Below are positions 1 through 7,868 of a stretch of DNA of 35,673 nt, in pieces. Every line of letters begins with the position of its first letter. The stretch's first letter is position 1. Both the position numbers and the translations under genes were made by a program. This stretch comes from a virus: positions 1 to 35,673 of IMG/VR virus record IMGVR_UViG_3300045988_058856. One strand, 5' to 3'. Below the pieces are notes generated by a model. The model was given only the letters and a program-made list of their open reading frames with translations, had not been told where the DNA came from and did no database searches.

Positions 1-55
1 CTAAGTACCTGTAATGCACTCCATCGATTAGGGCGATTATATCACCCACATTATA
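1..55. repeat. Terminal 55-nt duplication identical to 35619-35673 (circular-assembly overlap)
   Basis: Nt 1-55 (ctaagtacctgtaatgcactccatcgattagggcgattatatcacccacattata) match the last 55 nt of the window exactly. A minus-strand ORF reads through the junction. Confidence 0.9.
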
Positions 56-70
56 ATTTATCTTCTTCAT
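1..70 (-). CDS. 5' portion of a junction-spanning small gene (78 aa in total). ATG at 70; continues 35618->35452 on the circle.
   Basis: ATG at 70..68 overlaps the TGA (69..67) of the SNF2 gene as ATGA. It reads MKKINYNVGDIIALIDGVHYRYL and joins in frame to ORF 35452..35667. 70+167 nt = 79 codons. Confidence 0.55.
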   Translation of the reverse strand, partial: MKKINYNVGDIIALIDGVHYRYL

Positions 71-1455
71 ACTCTATATTTTTTAATTAGCTCCTTAACC
101 ATGTTCATAAGTCCGTTTTGTGTATCGGCTTTTCCACTTAACGCCGCTATTACCCGCTCGTCTATCGTACCCTTCGTTACAATGTGATGGATAAACACGC
201 TATTCTTCTGACCCTGTCTCCATAACCTCGCGTTGAACTGCTGGTATAACTCCAAGCTCCAAGTAGTACCGTACCAGATGATCCGGTTTCCTCCCTTCTG
301 CATATTCAGACCGTGACCCGCGCTAGCCGGATGAGTCACCAATACGGGTATCTCTCCGGCGTTCCACCGTCTCACGCTATCTACTCCGTCCAGCGCTTCC
401 GCCCCGAAACCTTTCAGGGCTTCCAGTATACGCGCCTTCTCGTGTTGGAAATTGTACGCCACCAGTACGGGCGATCCGTTCGCGGCTTCCACCATCTCAA
501 CCAATGTTTCTAGCTTCTCATCGTGCACGGTTCTTATATTCCGGTCTGCATCGTAAACCGCGCCGCCCGCGAACTGTAAGAGCTTGTTTGATAAGGCGGC
601 GGCACTTAGTGCGGTGATCTCCGCGTAATCGTAGTTGGCGTCCCGCAGCATTTCCAGTACCTGATCCTCCTCAAACTTCTCGTACTGCTTCTTCACCTTC
701 GGGGACAACTCCACATAGTTGTTCACGTATGTAAGTTCCGGCATATCTAGGAAGTCTAGCGCCTTCATCGATAATGTGATGTCCGCTATCTTTTCGCCCA
801 ATACCGCCTCGGTTGTCGCTAGTGGTTTGTACTCGTAAACGATCCCGCCGTTCTGCGCACCCGGTCTGAAATAGTTGGCCCTGTAATCGGTTATCGTCTT
901 CCCCAGCCGTTGCCCGCCATCGATTAAATACATTTGCGCCCATAGGTCAATAAGCCCGTTCGGTGCAGGCGTACCCGTCAGACCCACCACCCGGCTGACG
1001 CTCCGGCGTATGATCTTCGCGGCCTTGAAGCGCTTAGACTGATGGTTTTTAAAACTGCTCAATTCGTCCAGTACCAGCATGTCGTACGGCACTTTCGACC
1101 CGCCCCACATCTGCAATAGCCAAACAAGGTTGTCACGGCTCACGGTATAAACGTCGGCTTCCGCCCTTGCTGCGATCTCGCGCTGCTTCGCCGTACCTTT
1201 AATGACCGACAAACGCAGGTGGCGGATGTGCGCCCAGTTTTCTATCTCGTCCCCCCAGGTCATTTCGGCGACGCGCTTTGGTGCTACTATCAGCACCTTA
1301 GTTACCTCGAACTCATTGATAAGATCGGCTACGGCTGTTAGCGTGCTAACCGTCTTTCCCAGCCCCATATCAAGGAATAGCGCGGCGTCCGGGTGCTGCT
1401 TGATATGGTCTACGGCGGTACATTGATAGCCATGTAAGTTAGTCCGCTGTAACAT
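67..1455 (-). CDS. SNF2/DEAD-like superfamily 2 helicase
   Basis: 462 aa. Walker A-like LDMGLGKT, DExx-like LVLDELSSF, C-terminal helicase motif SAGHGLNMQ. ATG start. Confidence 0.9.
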   Translation of the reverse strand: MLQRTNLHGYQCTAVDHIKQHPDAALFLDMGLGKTVSTLTAVADLINEFEVTKVLIVAPKRVAEMTWGDEIENWAHIRHLRLSVIKGTAKQREIAARAEADVYTVSRDNLVWLLQMWGGSKVPYDMLVLDELSSFKNHQSKRFKAAKIIRRSVSRVVGLTGTPAPNGLIDLWAQMYLIDGGQRLGKTITDYRANYFRPGAQNGGIVYEYKPLATTEAVLGEKIADITLSMKALDFLDMPELTYVNNYVELSPKVKKQYEKFEEDQVLEMLRDANYDYAEITALSAAALSNKLLQFAGGAVYDADRNIRTVHDEKLETLVEMVEAANGSPVLVAYNFQHEKARILEALKGFGAEALDGVDSVRRWNAGEIPVLVTHPASAGHGLNMQKGGNRIIWYGTTWSLELYQQFNARLWRQGQKNSVFIHHIVTKGTIDERVIAALSGKADTQNGLMNMVKELIKKYRV

Positions 1456-1843
1456 GTTCTACAAATTTTATGTGCTCCCCGTCCATCCGTTCGACGGGTA
1501 CACAATTCACGTAATTACATCTATCATGAAAGAAGAGCGCACAATCATAGCACGACTTTTCATCGTTGTTGCCTACCACTTCCACTACTTTACCTTTGAA
1601 CGTTAACAGTTTGCCTACCGGGTATTCCGTGTGCTCCTTAAGCTCTTCCAGTTCTTCAAAGATAACGTGTTGGTCGTCCTCGCGTGAACACTCGGAACAA
1701 TCTACATACATCGCCTTGCATCGTGGCGCATCGCCTATCTTTGTGAGGAAAACGCATCCGCTACATAAGCCATTGCTCCGTACACATTGTACTATCTTAC
1801 CTTCGTCCGTGGTGAATACTTCACCTACTTTATATTCTATCAT
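1439..1843 (-). CDS. Cys-rich protein with two tandem copies of a small CxxC-containing domain
   Basis: 134 aa. The halves align (VGEVF..CSGCVF..C..C and VGKLL..CYDCALF..C..C). Paralogous to ORF 35252..35455. Confidence 0.7.
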   Translation of the reverse strand: MIEYKVGEVFTTDEGKIVQCVRSNGLCSGCVFLTKIGDAPRCKAMYVDCSECSREDDQHVIFEELEELKEHTEYPVGKLLTFKGKVVEVVGNNDEKSCYDCALFFHDRCNYVNCVPVERMDGEHIKFVEHVTAD

Positions 1844-2268
1844 AATCCTAAATCTTTTTTATACAACATATCGTAAATATCATCTAGCGTGTATCTCTCC
1901 GGGAAACATTTAAGTACTTCGGCGATCACGTCCAGTATATCGGGAAACTTCGATTTAATCCCTAACAAGTCCTTCAGGGCTTCTGCCCGGTTAGCGTTAA
2001 ATATTTCCTCCTTGTAAACCTCTGCCACTGTGTCGGGCCCCTCAAACACTACGTTGTCACCCTTGTGCAGTTCCCGGCGGCTGTACTCCCTTCGTAGTAT
2101 GCTGTCCGGTACTTCTGATATTAAATATTGTTGCAGGTTCTCGGGTAATTGATAAATAGCTTCTCCAATCGCGTAGCCCTCGGCGGGCGTTCCGTGCGCC
2201 ATCTTCGTAACCACATCGCAAAACAGTTTGATGCGGTCCATCCTAAGTTTCTCGTTGAAGTCTACCAT
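1840..2268 (-). CDS. Hypothetical early protein (142 aa)
   Basis: ATG start with 1-nt TAATG overlap to the upstream gene. No motif recognised. Confidence 0.6.
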   Translation of the reverse strand: MVDFNEKLRMDRIKLFCDVVTKMAHGTPAEGYAIGEAIYQLPENLQQYLISEVPDSILRREYSRRELHKGDNVVFEGPDTVAEVYKEEIFNANRAEALKDLLGIKSKFPDILDVIAEVLKCFPERYTLDDIYDMLYKKDLGL

Positions 2269-2684
2269 TATTCGATCCCTCCCTGAATTACAATTAAATC
2301 TGAAATGTTCAACGTTACTGCTTTATATCCCAGCTCGTTCGTGTACGAGAAATCAGTATTGGCTTTAACCTCTACCATACCGTTAGGTTTGAACGCTAAA
2401 AACCAACAGGTGTAAATTGACCCGTCTTTCTGAAAGGCTAGCTCTTTGTTGGGGATCATATCAATAAACGTTGATAAGTCCTCGGCTTCTTCATATCGGC
2501 GGGCAAAGAGAGTGGCGCGGTCTGTCATTGCAAGGTGGAATCCCTTGTTATACAGGTGCACGTTGAATTGCTTTTCGTTCTCAAAACTCTTCGTTTCCTT
2601 CCCACATTTCGTTATGATCCGCCCGTTTTGGGCTTTTGATACTTTTAGTAATTGCCCGTTGTTGTTGTTTCTATATACTTCCAT
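2268..2684 (-). CDS. Hypothetical early protein (138 aa)
   Basis: ATG-initiated ORF in the co-directional gene string. No motif recognised. Confidence 0.6.
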   Translation of the reverse strand: MEVYRNNNNGQLLKVSKAQNGRIITKCGKETKSFENEKQFNVHLYNKGFHLAMTDRATLFARRYEEAEDLSTFIDMIPNKELAFQKDGSIYTCWFLAFKPNGMVEVKANTDFSYTNELGYKAVTLNISDLIVIQGGIE

Positions 2685-2691
2685 GATGATC

Positions 2692-3138
2692 TTATTTATT
2701 ATTATTATTATTACTATTAGTTATTGCTTCTGCCATCTTCTTAAGCTCGCTACGCGAGATGTTAACGGTGAACTGATTGCCCGGGCTGAATATCTGCCAC
2801 ACGCCCGCCATCTTCGGGAAACGTGCAGTATGTCCCGCCGGGTTGTTAAGGTGTACGATCTCGTTGCTGCTTGATGGCTTGTACGCTGCCAAACTCGTCA
2901 GCGTCTTAACTGCTGCGTCCGCATCGCCTAGATCAATATCCATTTCTAGGGAGCTAGTTCCGGCTAGCTGTCCGGTGATCTGATACGTTACCGCGTCGCC
3001 TTTCGTGACTTCCACGATCTTGCACGTTCCCAGCCGGAAAGACTTAAGCGTTTTCAGGCTTCCGCTTGCGGTTGATACTTGTGCCATCGCGCTAACTGTG
3101 ATAAACAATACTACTAAAATACTTACTAACTTTTTCAT
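2692..3138 (-). CDS. Secreted protein with N-terminal signal peptide and Asn-rich C-terminus
   Basis: 148 aa. MKKLVSILVVLFITVSAMA|Q looks like a type I signal peptide. C-terminus is NSNNNNNK. Confidence 0.65.
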   Translation of the reverse strand: MKKLVSILVVLFITVSAMAQVSTASGSLKTLKSFRLGTCKIVEVTKGDAVTYQITGQLAGTSSLEMDIDLGDADAAVKTLTSLAAYKPSSSNEIVHLNNPAGHTARFPKMAGVWQIFSPGNQFTVNISRSELKKMAEAITNSNNNNNK

Positions 3139-3153
3139 ACTTTTTGGTGTTGT

Positions 3154-3171
3154 GGGCGGTGTGACCCGCCC
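3154..3171 (-). other. GC-rich hairpin (GGGCGG-N6-CCGCCC) between two early genes
   Basis: 6-bp all-GC stem. It lies 8 nt downstream of the stop at 3179 and 16 nt upstream of the ATG at 3138. No U-tract on the coding strand. Confidence 0.35.
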
Positions 3172-3178
3172 AGGTTTA

Positions 3179-3361
3179 TTAAATTCTTCCGTTTCTTAAT
3201 TGGTTCAACTCGTTCATCTTATTTATAGCGGCTTCTTCTGATATTTCCAAAGACGCCGTACTTTTATCATAACCGTCTATAACGGCAAAATATCCTTTTC
3301 TCAACGGTTTAATGTAAAACTCGTTTTTGCTGTGGTTCTTTAAATAGGCTTGTACTTTCAT
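3179..3361 (-). CDS. Hypothetical small protein (60 aa from ATG 3361; the tracked ORF start at 3397 is GTG inside the promoter cassette)
   Basis: ATG at 3361 lies 39 nt downstream of the -7 box, the same spacing as in the paralogous cassette at 5316/5276. Confidence 0.5.
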   Translation of the reverse strand: MKVQAYLKNHSKNEFYIKPLRKGYFAVIDGYDKSTASLEISEEAAINKMNELNQLRNGRI

Positions 3362-3399
3362 ATCTTTAATTTTTAAGTGGTTATTTCCTTTTGACACTT

Positions 3400-3430
3400 C
3401 AAAGATACGACTAGTTATCAGACTACCAAA
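3400..3430 (-). promoter_or_regulatory. Bacteroidota-type promoter, early cassette copy 1
   Basis: On the coding strand, TTTG (3430..3427), a 19-nt spacer, then TAtcTTTG (3407..3400). The ~50-nt block 3381-3431 is near-identical to 5297-5347. Confidence 0.6.
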
Positions 3431-3475
3431 ATATAGGATAAACTATTAACATCAATTCGCACTAACCGCCATGAG

Positions 3476-3784
3476 TTAACGCCCGTTAACATAAAAGTCT
3501 ATCAAATCCTTCAAATCGTTGTACTCGTCAGGGTTCGACACTACTCGCACATTGAAGTCAAGCGCGGCGATACGATCCAGTATAACACGCTGGATCGGTC
3601 TAGGTTTGCATCCGGTTGACTTGAACTCGACAAAGATAACCGTCCCACCCGGTAACAAGTACATCCGATCCGGCAAACCGTTAATAAATTGGGACAGCAA
3701 TTTGATTGCCATCCCTCCTTTATTCTCCACGTACTTAGACATAGTACGTTCAAATACCTTTTCACTGGTTTCCGTTGCCTTCAT
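3476..3784 (-). CDS. VRR-NUC domain nuclease (PD-(D/E)XK fold)
   Basis: 102 aa. GLPDRMYLLPGGTVIFVEFKSTGCKPRPIQ fits the VRR-NUC PD...E.K...Q pattern. This family is typically found next to an SNF2 helicase. Confidence 0.75.
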   Translation of the reverse strand: MKATETSEKVFERTMSKYVENKGGMAIKLLSQFINGLPDRMYLLPGGTVIFVEFKSTGCKPRPIQRVILDRIAALDFNVRVVSNPDEYNDLKDLIDFYVNGR

Positions 3785-4031
3785 CCGGTCTTTGTATTCT
3801 TAGTACTCCATTGTTCGCCACCTTGCACGCTGCCCTTAACGCTACATAGTTCTTCCGGGCTTGTGACGCCTTCTTCCATGTCAGACCGACGCACCCTTCC
3901 AGGTCTTTCCAGCTGTCGTTAGCCTTGTTATACACTTGCAGCTTAAACATTCCGCAAAAATCTCCTGTGTACTTGTCCGGTGTGATGCGTGTCGCACCGT
4001 CCCTTGATTTTAATTTTTTCTTGTTACTCAT
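3762..4031 (-). CDS. Hypothetical early protein (89 aa)
   Basis: ATG start. Overlaps the downstream gene by 23 nt. Confidence 0.5.
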   Translation of the reverse strand: MSNKKKLKSRDGATRITPDKYTGDFCGMFKLQVYNKANDSWKDLEGCVGLTWKKASQARKNYVALRAACKVANNGVLRIQRPDEGNGNQ

Positions 4032-4494
4032 TGCTGTATTCTTTTAATTCTTTTAATTCTTTTAATTCTTTCAAAATTATCCAGGCCTCCATCATTGAAC
4101 ACCTACTGTTCAAAAAATCTTTTGTTCCGAAATCCCCAAACATTTGGCGCATCACGTGCTTATAATCCTCTAGGCTGTTCCAACAGTCAGGCCTGAAGGG
4201 ACTTTCTCTAAACACTACGATAAAACGCTTATCTGATCTTACATGCCACGCGTTCGTATTCTGAACCATCCACTCGAAAATAACATCTAATTGGTTACGT
4301 GTGAGACGCAAACCGCCTTCTCCCAACACCAGCAAAATAAGGTTACTGGAAACTTTCCCTTCTCTTAAGTCCCGTGTAATTTTAGCCTTCAAGACCTGTT
4401 CAGTACTTTCCATACAATAAAATTTTGTAAGTTTAATTGGATAATACACGGAGATCGCCACAATCGCCGCCGCTAATATAATATATAATATCAT
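4024..4494 (-). CDS. Membrane-anchored hypothetical protein with C-terminal (KEL)n repeat
   Basis: 156 aa. N-terminal hydrophobic helix MILYIILAAAIVAISVYY. The 9-nt unit cttttaatt occurs x3 at 4041-4067 and encodes KELKELKEL. Confidence 0.6.
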   Translation of the reverse strand: MILYIILAAAIVAISVYYPIKLTKFYCMESTEQVLKAKITRDLREGKVSSNLILLVLGEGGLRLTRNQLDVIFEWMVQNTNAWHVRSDKRFIVVFRESPFRPDCWNSLEDYKHVMRQMFGDFGTKDFLNSRCSMMEAWIILKELKELKELKEYSNE

Positions 4495-4685
4495 TCCTTT
4501 GTTACATAAGTTAGATTAACCCGTTTAACCGTAAATCCCGATAGGGTCTGACAATCGGCGATATACCGCCGTTCCGCTTCTATGTCTGATACGACATACA
4601 CACCTAAGCTATCTTGGACTTTCGTGTAGTCCTGTATTATAACACCGTCCGTCGTTATAATCACCGCTTTCAATATCTGTATCAT
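4491..4685 (-). CDS. Hypothetical small protein (64 aa from ATG 4685; the tracked ORF start at 4742 is TTG)
   Basis: ATG 4685 forms an ATGA overlap with the stop of micro-ORF 4682..4768. Confidence 0.5.
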   Translation of the reverse strand: MIQILKAVIITTDGVIIQDYTKVQDSLGVYVVSDIEAERRYIADCQTLSGFTVKRVNLTYVTKE

Positions 4686-4768
4686 ACGCGTGTTGTTGGC
4701 TCGCAACATAATAAAATGAATAATACAAACAGGATCGCCCAAAAAGTGTAAATTACAAACTGTTTCAT
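4682..4768 (-). CDS. Putative 28-aa hydrophobic micro-protein
   Basis: ATG at 4768, 3 nt after the upstream stop. MKQFVIYTFWAILFVLFILLCCEPTTRV. ATGA-coupled to the next gene. Below the ORF-track cutoff. Confidence 0.3.
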   Translation of the reverse strand: MKQFVIYTFWAILFVLFILLCCEPTTRV

Positions 4769-4771
4769 GAT

Positions 4772-5056
4772 CTAAAATATTTTAAAGGTTTTTACTGCGT
4801 GATCGAAATCTGATTCGCTAGCGTTCCGAACTGTGTGCATATCCTCCGTGAAGTATTTGCCCGGATATTTTGTAGCGCGTATTTTGGTAATTTCTTCAAA
4901 GGAAAAGACTTTCAACGCCTTAACCAGCTTCTGCAATCTCATTGAATCTCGCTCGAGGGCTTTTTTAGTAGGCTCTCCGAAAAATCCCTTCTTGTTCCAA
5001 AAGCGGCGGCGGGCTTTTAGCTCCGCCTCCGTTAGTTCCCCTATATTTTGTTTCAT
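4772..5056 (-). CDS. Hypothetical early protein (94 aa)
   Basis: ATG-initiated ORF in the co-directional gene string. Confidence 0.6.
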   Translation of the reverse strand: MKQNIGELTEAELKARRRFWNKKGFFGEPTKKALERDSMRLQKLVKALKVFSFEEITKIRATKYPGKYFTEDMHTVRNASESDFDHAVKTFKIF

Positions 5057-5060
5057 GATC

Positions 5061-5276
5061 TTAAATGTTTATGCAACATACGGACATATCACACTCTGCG
5101 TCGTATTCATGGCCGAAGAGCTTTCCTTCGAAATATTTCTGTAAACGGTTGAATACTTCTTTATCCTCGCCGTCCCACGCCAAAGTTACCATATTGGTAC
5201 GCGCGAACGTTAAGTCTATTTCTACGCCAGCTACTTTTGATAAGGTCTCTTCAAGTTTCTTAATTTGATTCTTCAT
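5061..5276 (-). CDS. Hypothetical early protein (71 aa)
   Basis: ATG at 5276, 40 nt downstream of the promoter -7 box. Confidence 0.55.
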   Translation of the reverse strand: MKNQIKKLEETLSKVAGVEIDLTFARTNMVTLAWDGEDKEVFNRLQKYFEGKLFGHEYDAECDMSVCCINI

Positions 5277-5315
5277 GATTCTAATTTTTTAATTGGTTTA
5301 TTTCCTTTTGACACT

Positions 5316-5376
5316 TCAAAGATACAACAAGTTATTGAACTACCAAAACTTTTCTCAAAAAACTTTAGTATATTAA
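5316..5376 (-). promoter_or_regulatory. Bacteroidota-type promoter, early cassette copy 2, with upstream element
   Basis: TTTG (5346..5343), a 19-nt spacer, then TAtcTTTG (5323..5316). The 22-nt element at 5355-5376 matches 12996-13017 (20/22) at the same 8-nt gap upstream of the -33 box. Confidence 0.6.
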
Positions 5377-5412
5377 CAAAAATAAAGTCTCGCGTATCAC
5401 TACGAAAGACTT
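5374..5412 (-). terminator. Weak intrinsic-terminator-like hairpin downstream of the primase-helicase gene
   Basis: AAAGTCT (5383-5389) and AGACTTT (5406-5412) form a 7-bp stem, followed on the coding strand by ATTTTTGTT. The stem is AU-rich with a long loop, so it is weak. Confidence 0.3.
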
Positions 5413-5472
5413 TTTAACTGAAAAACCACCCTAAAAGTATTAACCTTAAAAATTAGAAAAGAAAGTTTTGCA

Positions 5473-7863
5473 TCACAAAGATAGTAATTTTTTGCTTTCC
5501 TCGCTACCTTTACGCACATAAACTACTTGTTGGCCGTACAATTTCGTTCTTTTTAACTTTCCTTTGTACCAACCTTTCATTTGTCGCATCGCCGTGGACA
5601 ATTCGCGCCCTTTCGCGCTTGTATAATCTTCTTTCCGGCGTCCCAGCGCATCCACCCAAAGCTCCATTAAACAGAACTCGTTTTTAACCGTGTCGCCTAT
5701 CTCGCCCAAACCGCCCGATAGGAAGTCCGCGCGTTGTTGTTCGGTGCGCTCTTCGTAGTCAGCCGGGAAAAGTCTATCTACATAGTTCTCTATAATACCT
5801 ACTAGAGGACTTTCTTCTGTAAATTCTTCGCGACCTTCACTTGCAATCGCTTCTGCTTCATCGGATAAGATAAGACTTTCCCCGCACATGTACAACTCCA
5901 TTGCTTCCGCCCATAGTTGGTCTACGACTTTTTCAAATGACTTGTCAAACAGCTTATGCGTGTTCCGGTTGGCGCGCACCTCTATAGGGAAGAAACGGCG
6001 GTTTCCGGTCTTATCCTTCAAAAACTCATCATCATTGGTAGACCCAAAAAATACGCACTGCCTCCTGTGTGTCTTGACACGGCGGGCGTATGCGCTACGG
6101 TACGTATCCTCGCGCTTGCTGATAAAATTCTTCGTGGCTTCTACGTCCGAACGGCGAAGGGCTGACAACTCGGCTAGCTCCACTATCCAGGCATGTTGTA
6201 TCGCTTCGTATGCTTTTTGGCCGGACACGTCCGTTAATGAATCATTAAACCAACCTTTTGAAAGCGCCTGTATAAGCGTGGACTTCCCCGCGCCCTGCCC
6301 GGAATACATCACAAGCGCGGTGTCAAATTTGCGTCCCGGCTCGTACACCCTAGTAACGGCGGCTACCAGCATTTTACGGAACGCCTCGGAAACATATATG
6401 CTAGGCTCTGCTCCCATGTAGTCAACTAAGAAATTATCTATCCGTTTCACGCCGTCCCATACCAGGCTCTCCAAGTATTTCTTGATAGGGTGGAAAGCGT
6501 TTTCGCTGCAAACCTTTTCCAGCGCATCAGTTAATTTGCTGTCATTGTAAATACCGTGCAAATCCTCGATGCGTCCGCGGATAATCGCTACTGCTGTATC
6601 GTCCAGCATGTCGCCCTTCTTGATATCATTCGAGAAAAACGGCGTACGGGTGTACACTATCGTATCAAGAAACAAGTCATACGCTAATAGATCATTGAGG
6701 AGAGGATCACATTTGAACGCGTTGACGAAGTTACGGACGGTGCACATTTTATCGCCCTTCTTATCCAGGTCCCAAACAAGCTCGGCGGCGGTCTGCGCGT
6801 CGCTCTTAACCTCGTCCGTGTATTCCTCGAAGTCACTTAGATTATCGTCAACGGCTACCATATCTTTAACGCATTCCTTATCGGCGCAAACTAGCTTGTT
6901 CATCTCGCGAGTACTGTCTTCTTTACCCAGGTGCCCGAACTTGTGCACCCGTACGAGATCATAGGCGTTGTATGCGTGTCCGTCTCCGATCGGATCGGTT
7001 GAGTGGTGGGAAAAACAAAGTACATCGTCATACACTACCAAGCCCGCCGCGCCTGATCCAAGCGTGTAGGTATAGCGTCCGTTGTCTACTTCCGTGTAAA
7101 CGTCCGGTAGGTATTTCTCTATGGCTTCCGGTATGGTGTACGAGCGGCAAAACGCGCCCACCAAACCCTCTTTGTCTCTAGGGTCTTTCACCATCTCCTT
7201 ACTAATCAGCGCGCGGGTATCGCGTTCCACATCTGAATGGAACGCCCATTTGCGCACGTCGCGCCATTCTTCATTGTCTCCGTACAAGCCTACCAGATAC
7301 TCGGCGTCGATCGGCTCGCCTTCAAACACTTCGAATAGCCCTTCTTGATCCTTAGAAAGGGATTGCCAGTACATCATACGTTCCGGCTGAAACGTTGTTT
7401 TGTCGAACAAGTCGATACCTAACAGCTCGGCTACTTTCCGCGCGGCTGCCTCGTACATAACCACGTCTGTAACCTCTTCTTTGAACGGCATAATAAGACG
7501 GTAACGGCGCGCGCCTGGTCTATCCGAACGCGTCGTATATATAACCGCTGCATAACCGTGAAAACGATCCTCAAAGTCTATCGGGAATAGATCATCGGCA
7601 AAGTCAATATCTAGCGTTATCATTGTGCGGGACATAACTGCCTTCTTGAGGCGTTGCGATCCTGACAGCTCGCCCGCCATGAATCCGCCTACATCCTTCA
7701 AAGACGATTTAGCGGGCTTATCCAGTTTGTCGTACTCGCGTACCGTTTCATTAGTGATAACAGGCTCGCCTAAACGTTTAACAAAATCGTCCCATGTGAG
7801 GCGCACCGCCTTCCATTTCAGAGACGCCGAAGAACCTGCGAGCGATAAGGTGTATTTTTCCAT
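5473..7863 (-). CDS. DNA primase-helicase: AEP/PrimPol-like N-terminus fused to a VirE/D5-like P-loop NTPase
   Basis: 796 aa. DxD-type motif ITLDIDFADD near the N-terminus. Walker A GQGAGKST and Walker B-like WIVELAEL in the C-terminal half. Confidence 0.8.
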   Translation of the reverse strand: MEKYTLSLAGSSASLKWKAVRLTWDDFVKRLGEPVITNETVREYDKLDKPAKSSLKDVGGFMAGELSGSQRLKKAVMSRTMITLDIDFADDLFPIDFEDRFHGYAAVIYTTRSDRPGARRYRLIMPFKEEVTDVVMYEAAARKVAELLGIDLFDKTTFQPERMMYWQSLSKDQEGLFEVFEGEPIDAEYLVGLYGDNEEWRDVRKWAFHSDVERDTRALISKEMVKDPRDKEGLVGAFCRSYTIPEAIEKYLPDVYTEVDNGRYTYTLGSGAAGLVVYDDVLCFSHHSTDPIGDGHAYNAYDLVRVHKFGHLGKEDSTREMNKLVCADKECVKDMVAVDDNLSDFEEYTDEVKSDAQTAAELVWDLDKKGDKMCTVRNFVNAFKCDPLLNDLLAYDLFLDTIVYTRTPFFSNDIKKGDMLDDTAVAIIRGRIEDLHGIYNDSKLTDALEKVCSENAFHPIKKYLESLVWDGVKRIDNFLVDYMGAEPSIYVSEAFRKMLVAAVTRVYEPGRKFDTALVMYSGQGAGKSTLIQALSKGWFNDSLTDVSGQKAYEAIQHAWIVELAELSALRRSDVEATKNFISKREDTYRSAYARRVKTHRRQCVFFGSTNDDEFLKDKTGNRRFFPIEVRANRNTHKLFDKSFEKVVDQLWAEAMELYMCGESLILSDEAEAIASEGREEFTEESPLVGIIENYVDRLFPADYEERTEQQRADFLSGGLGEIGDTVKNEFCLMELWVDALGRRKEDYTSAKGRELSTAMRQMKGWYKGKLKRTKLYGQQVVYVRKGSEESKKLLSL

Positions 7864-7868
7864 GTTAA

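Noticed and set aside
3475-3490. GTTAAC-GCCC-GTTAAC hairpin overlapping the VRR-NUC stop codon as a terminator
   Set aside because: It has only a 6-bp AT-rich stem and no U-tract, and it lies partly inside coding sequence. It is most likely two chance HpaI-type palindromes.
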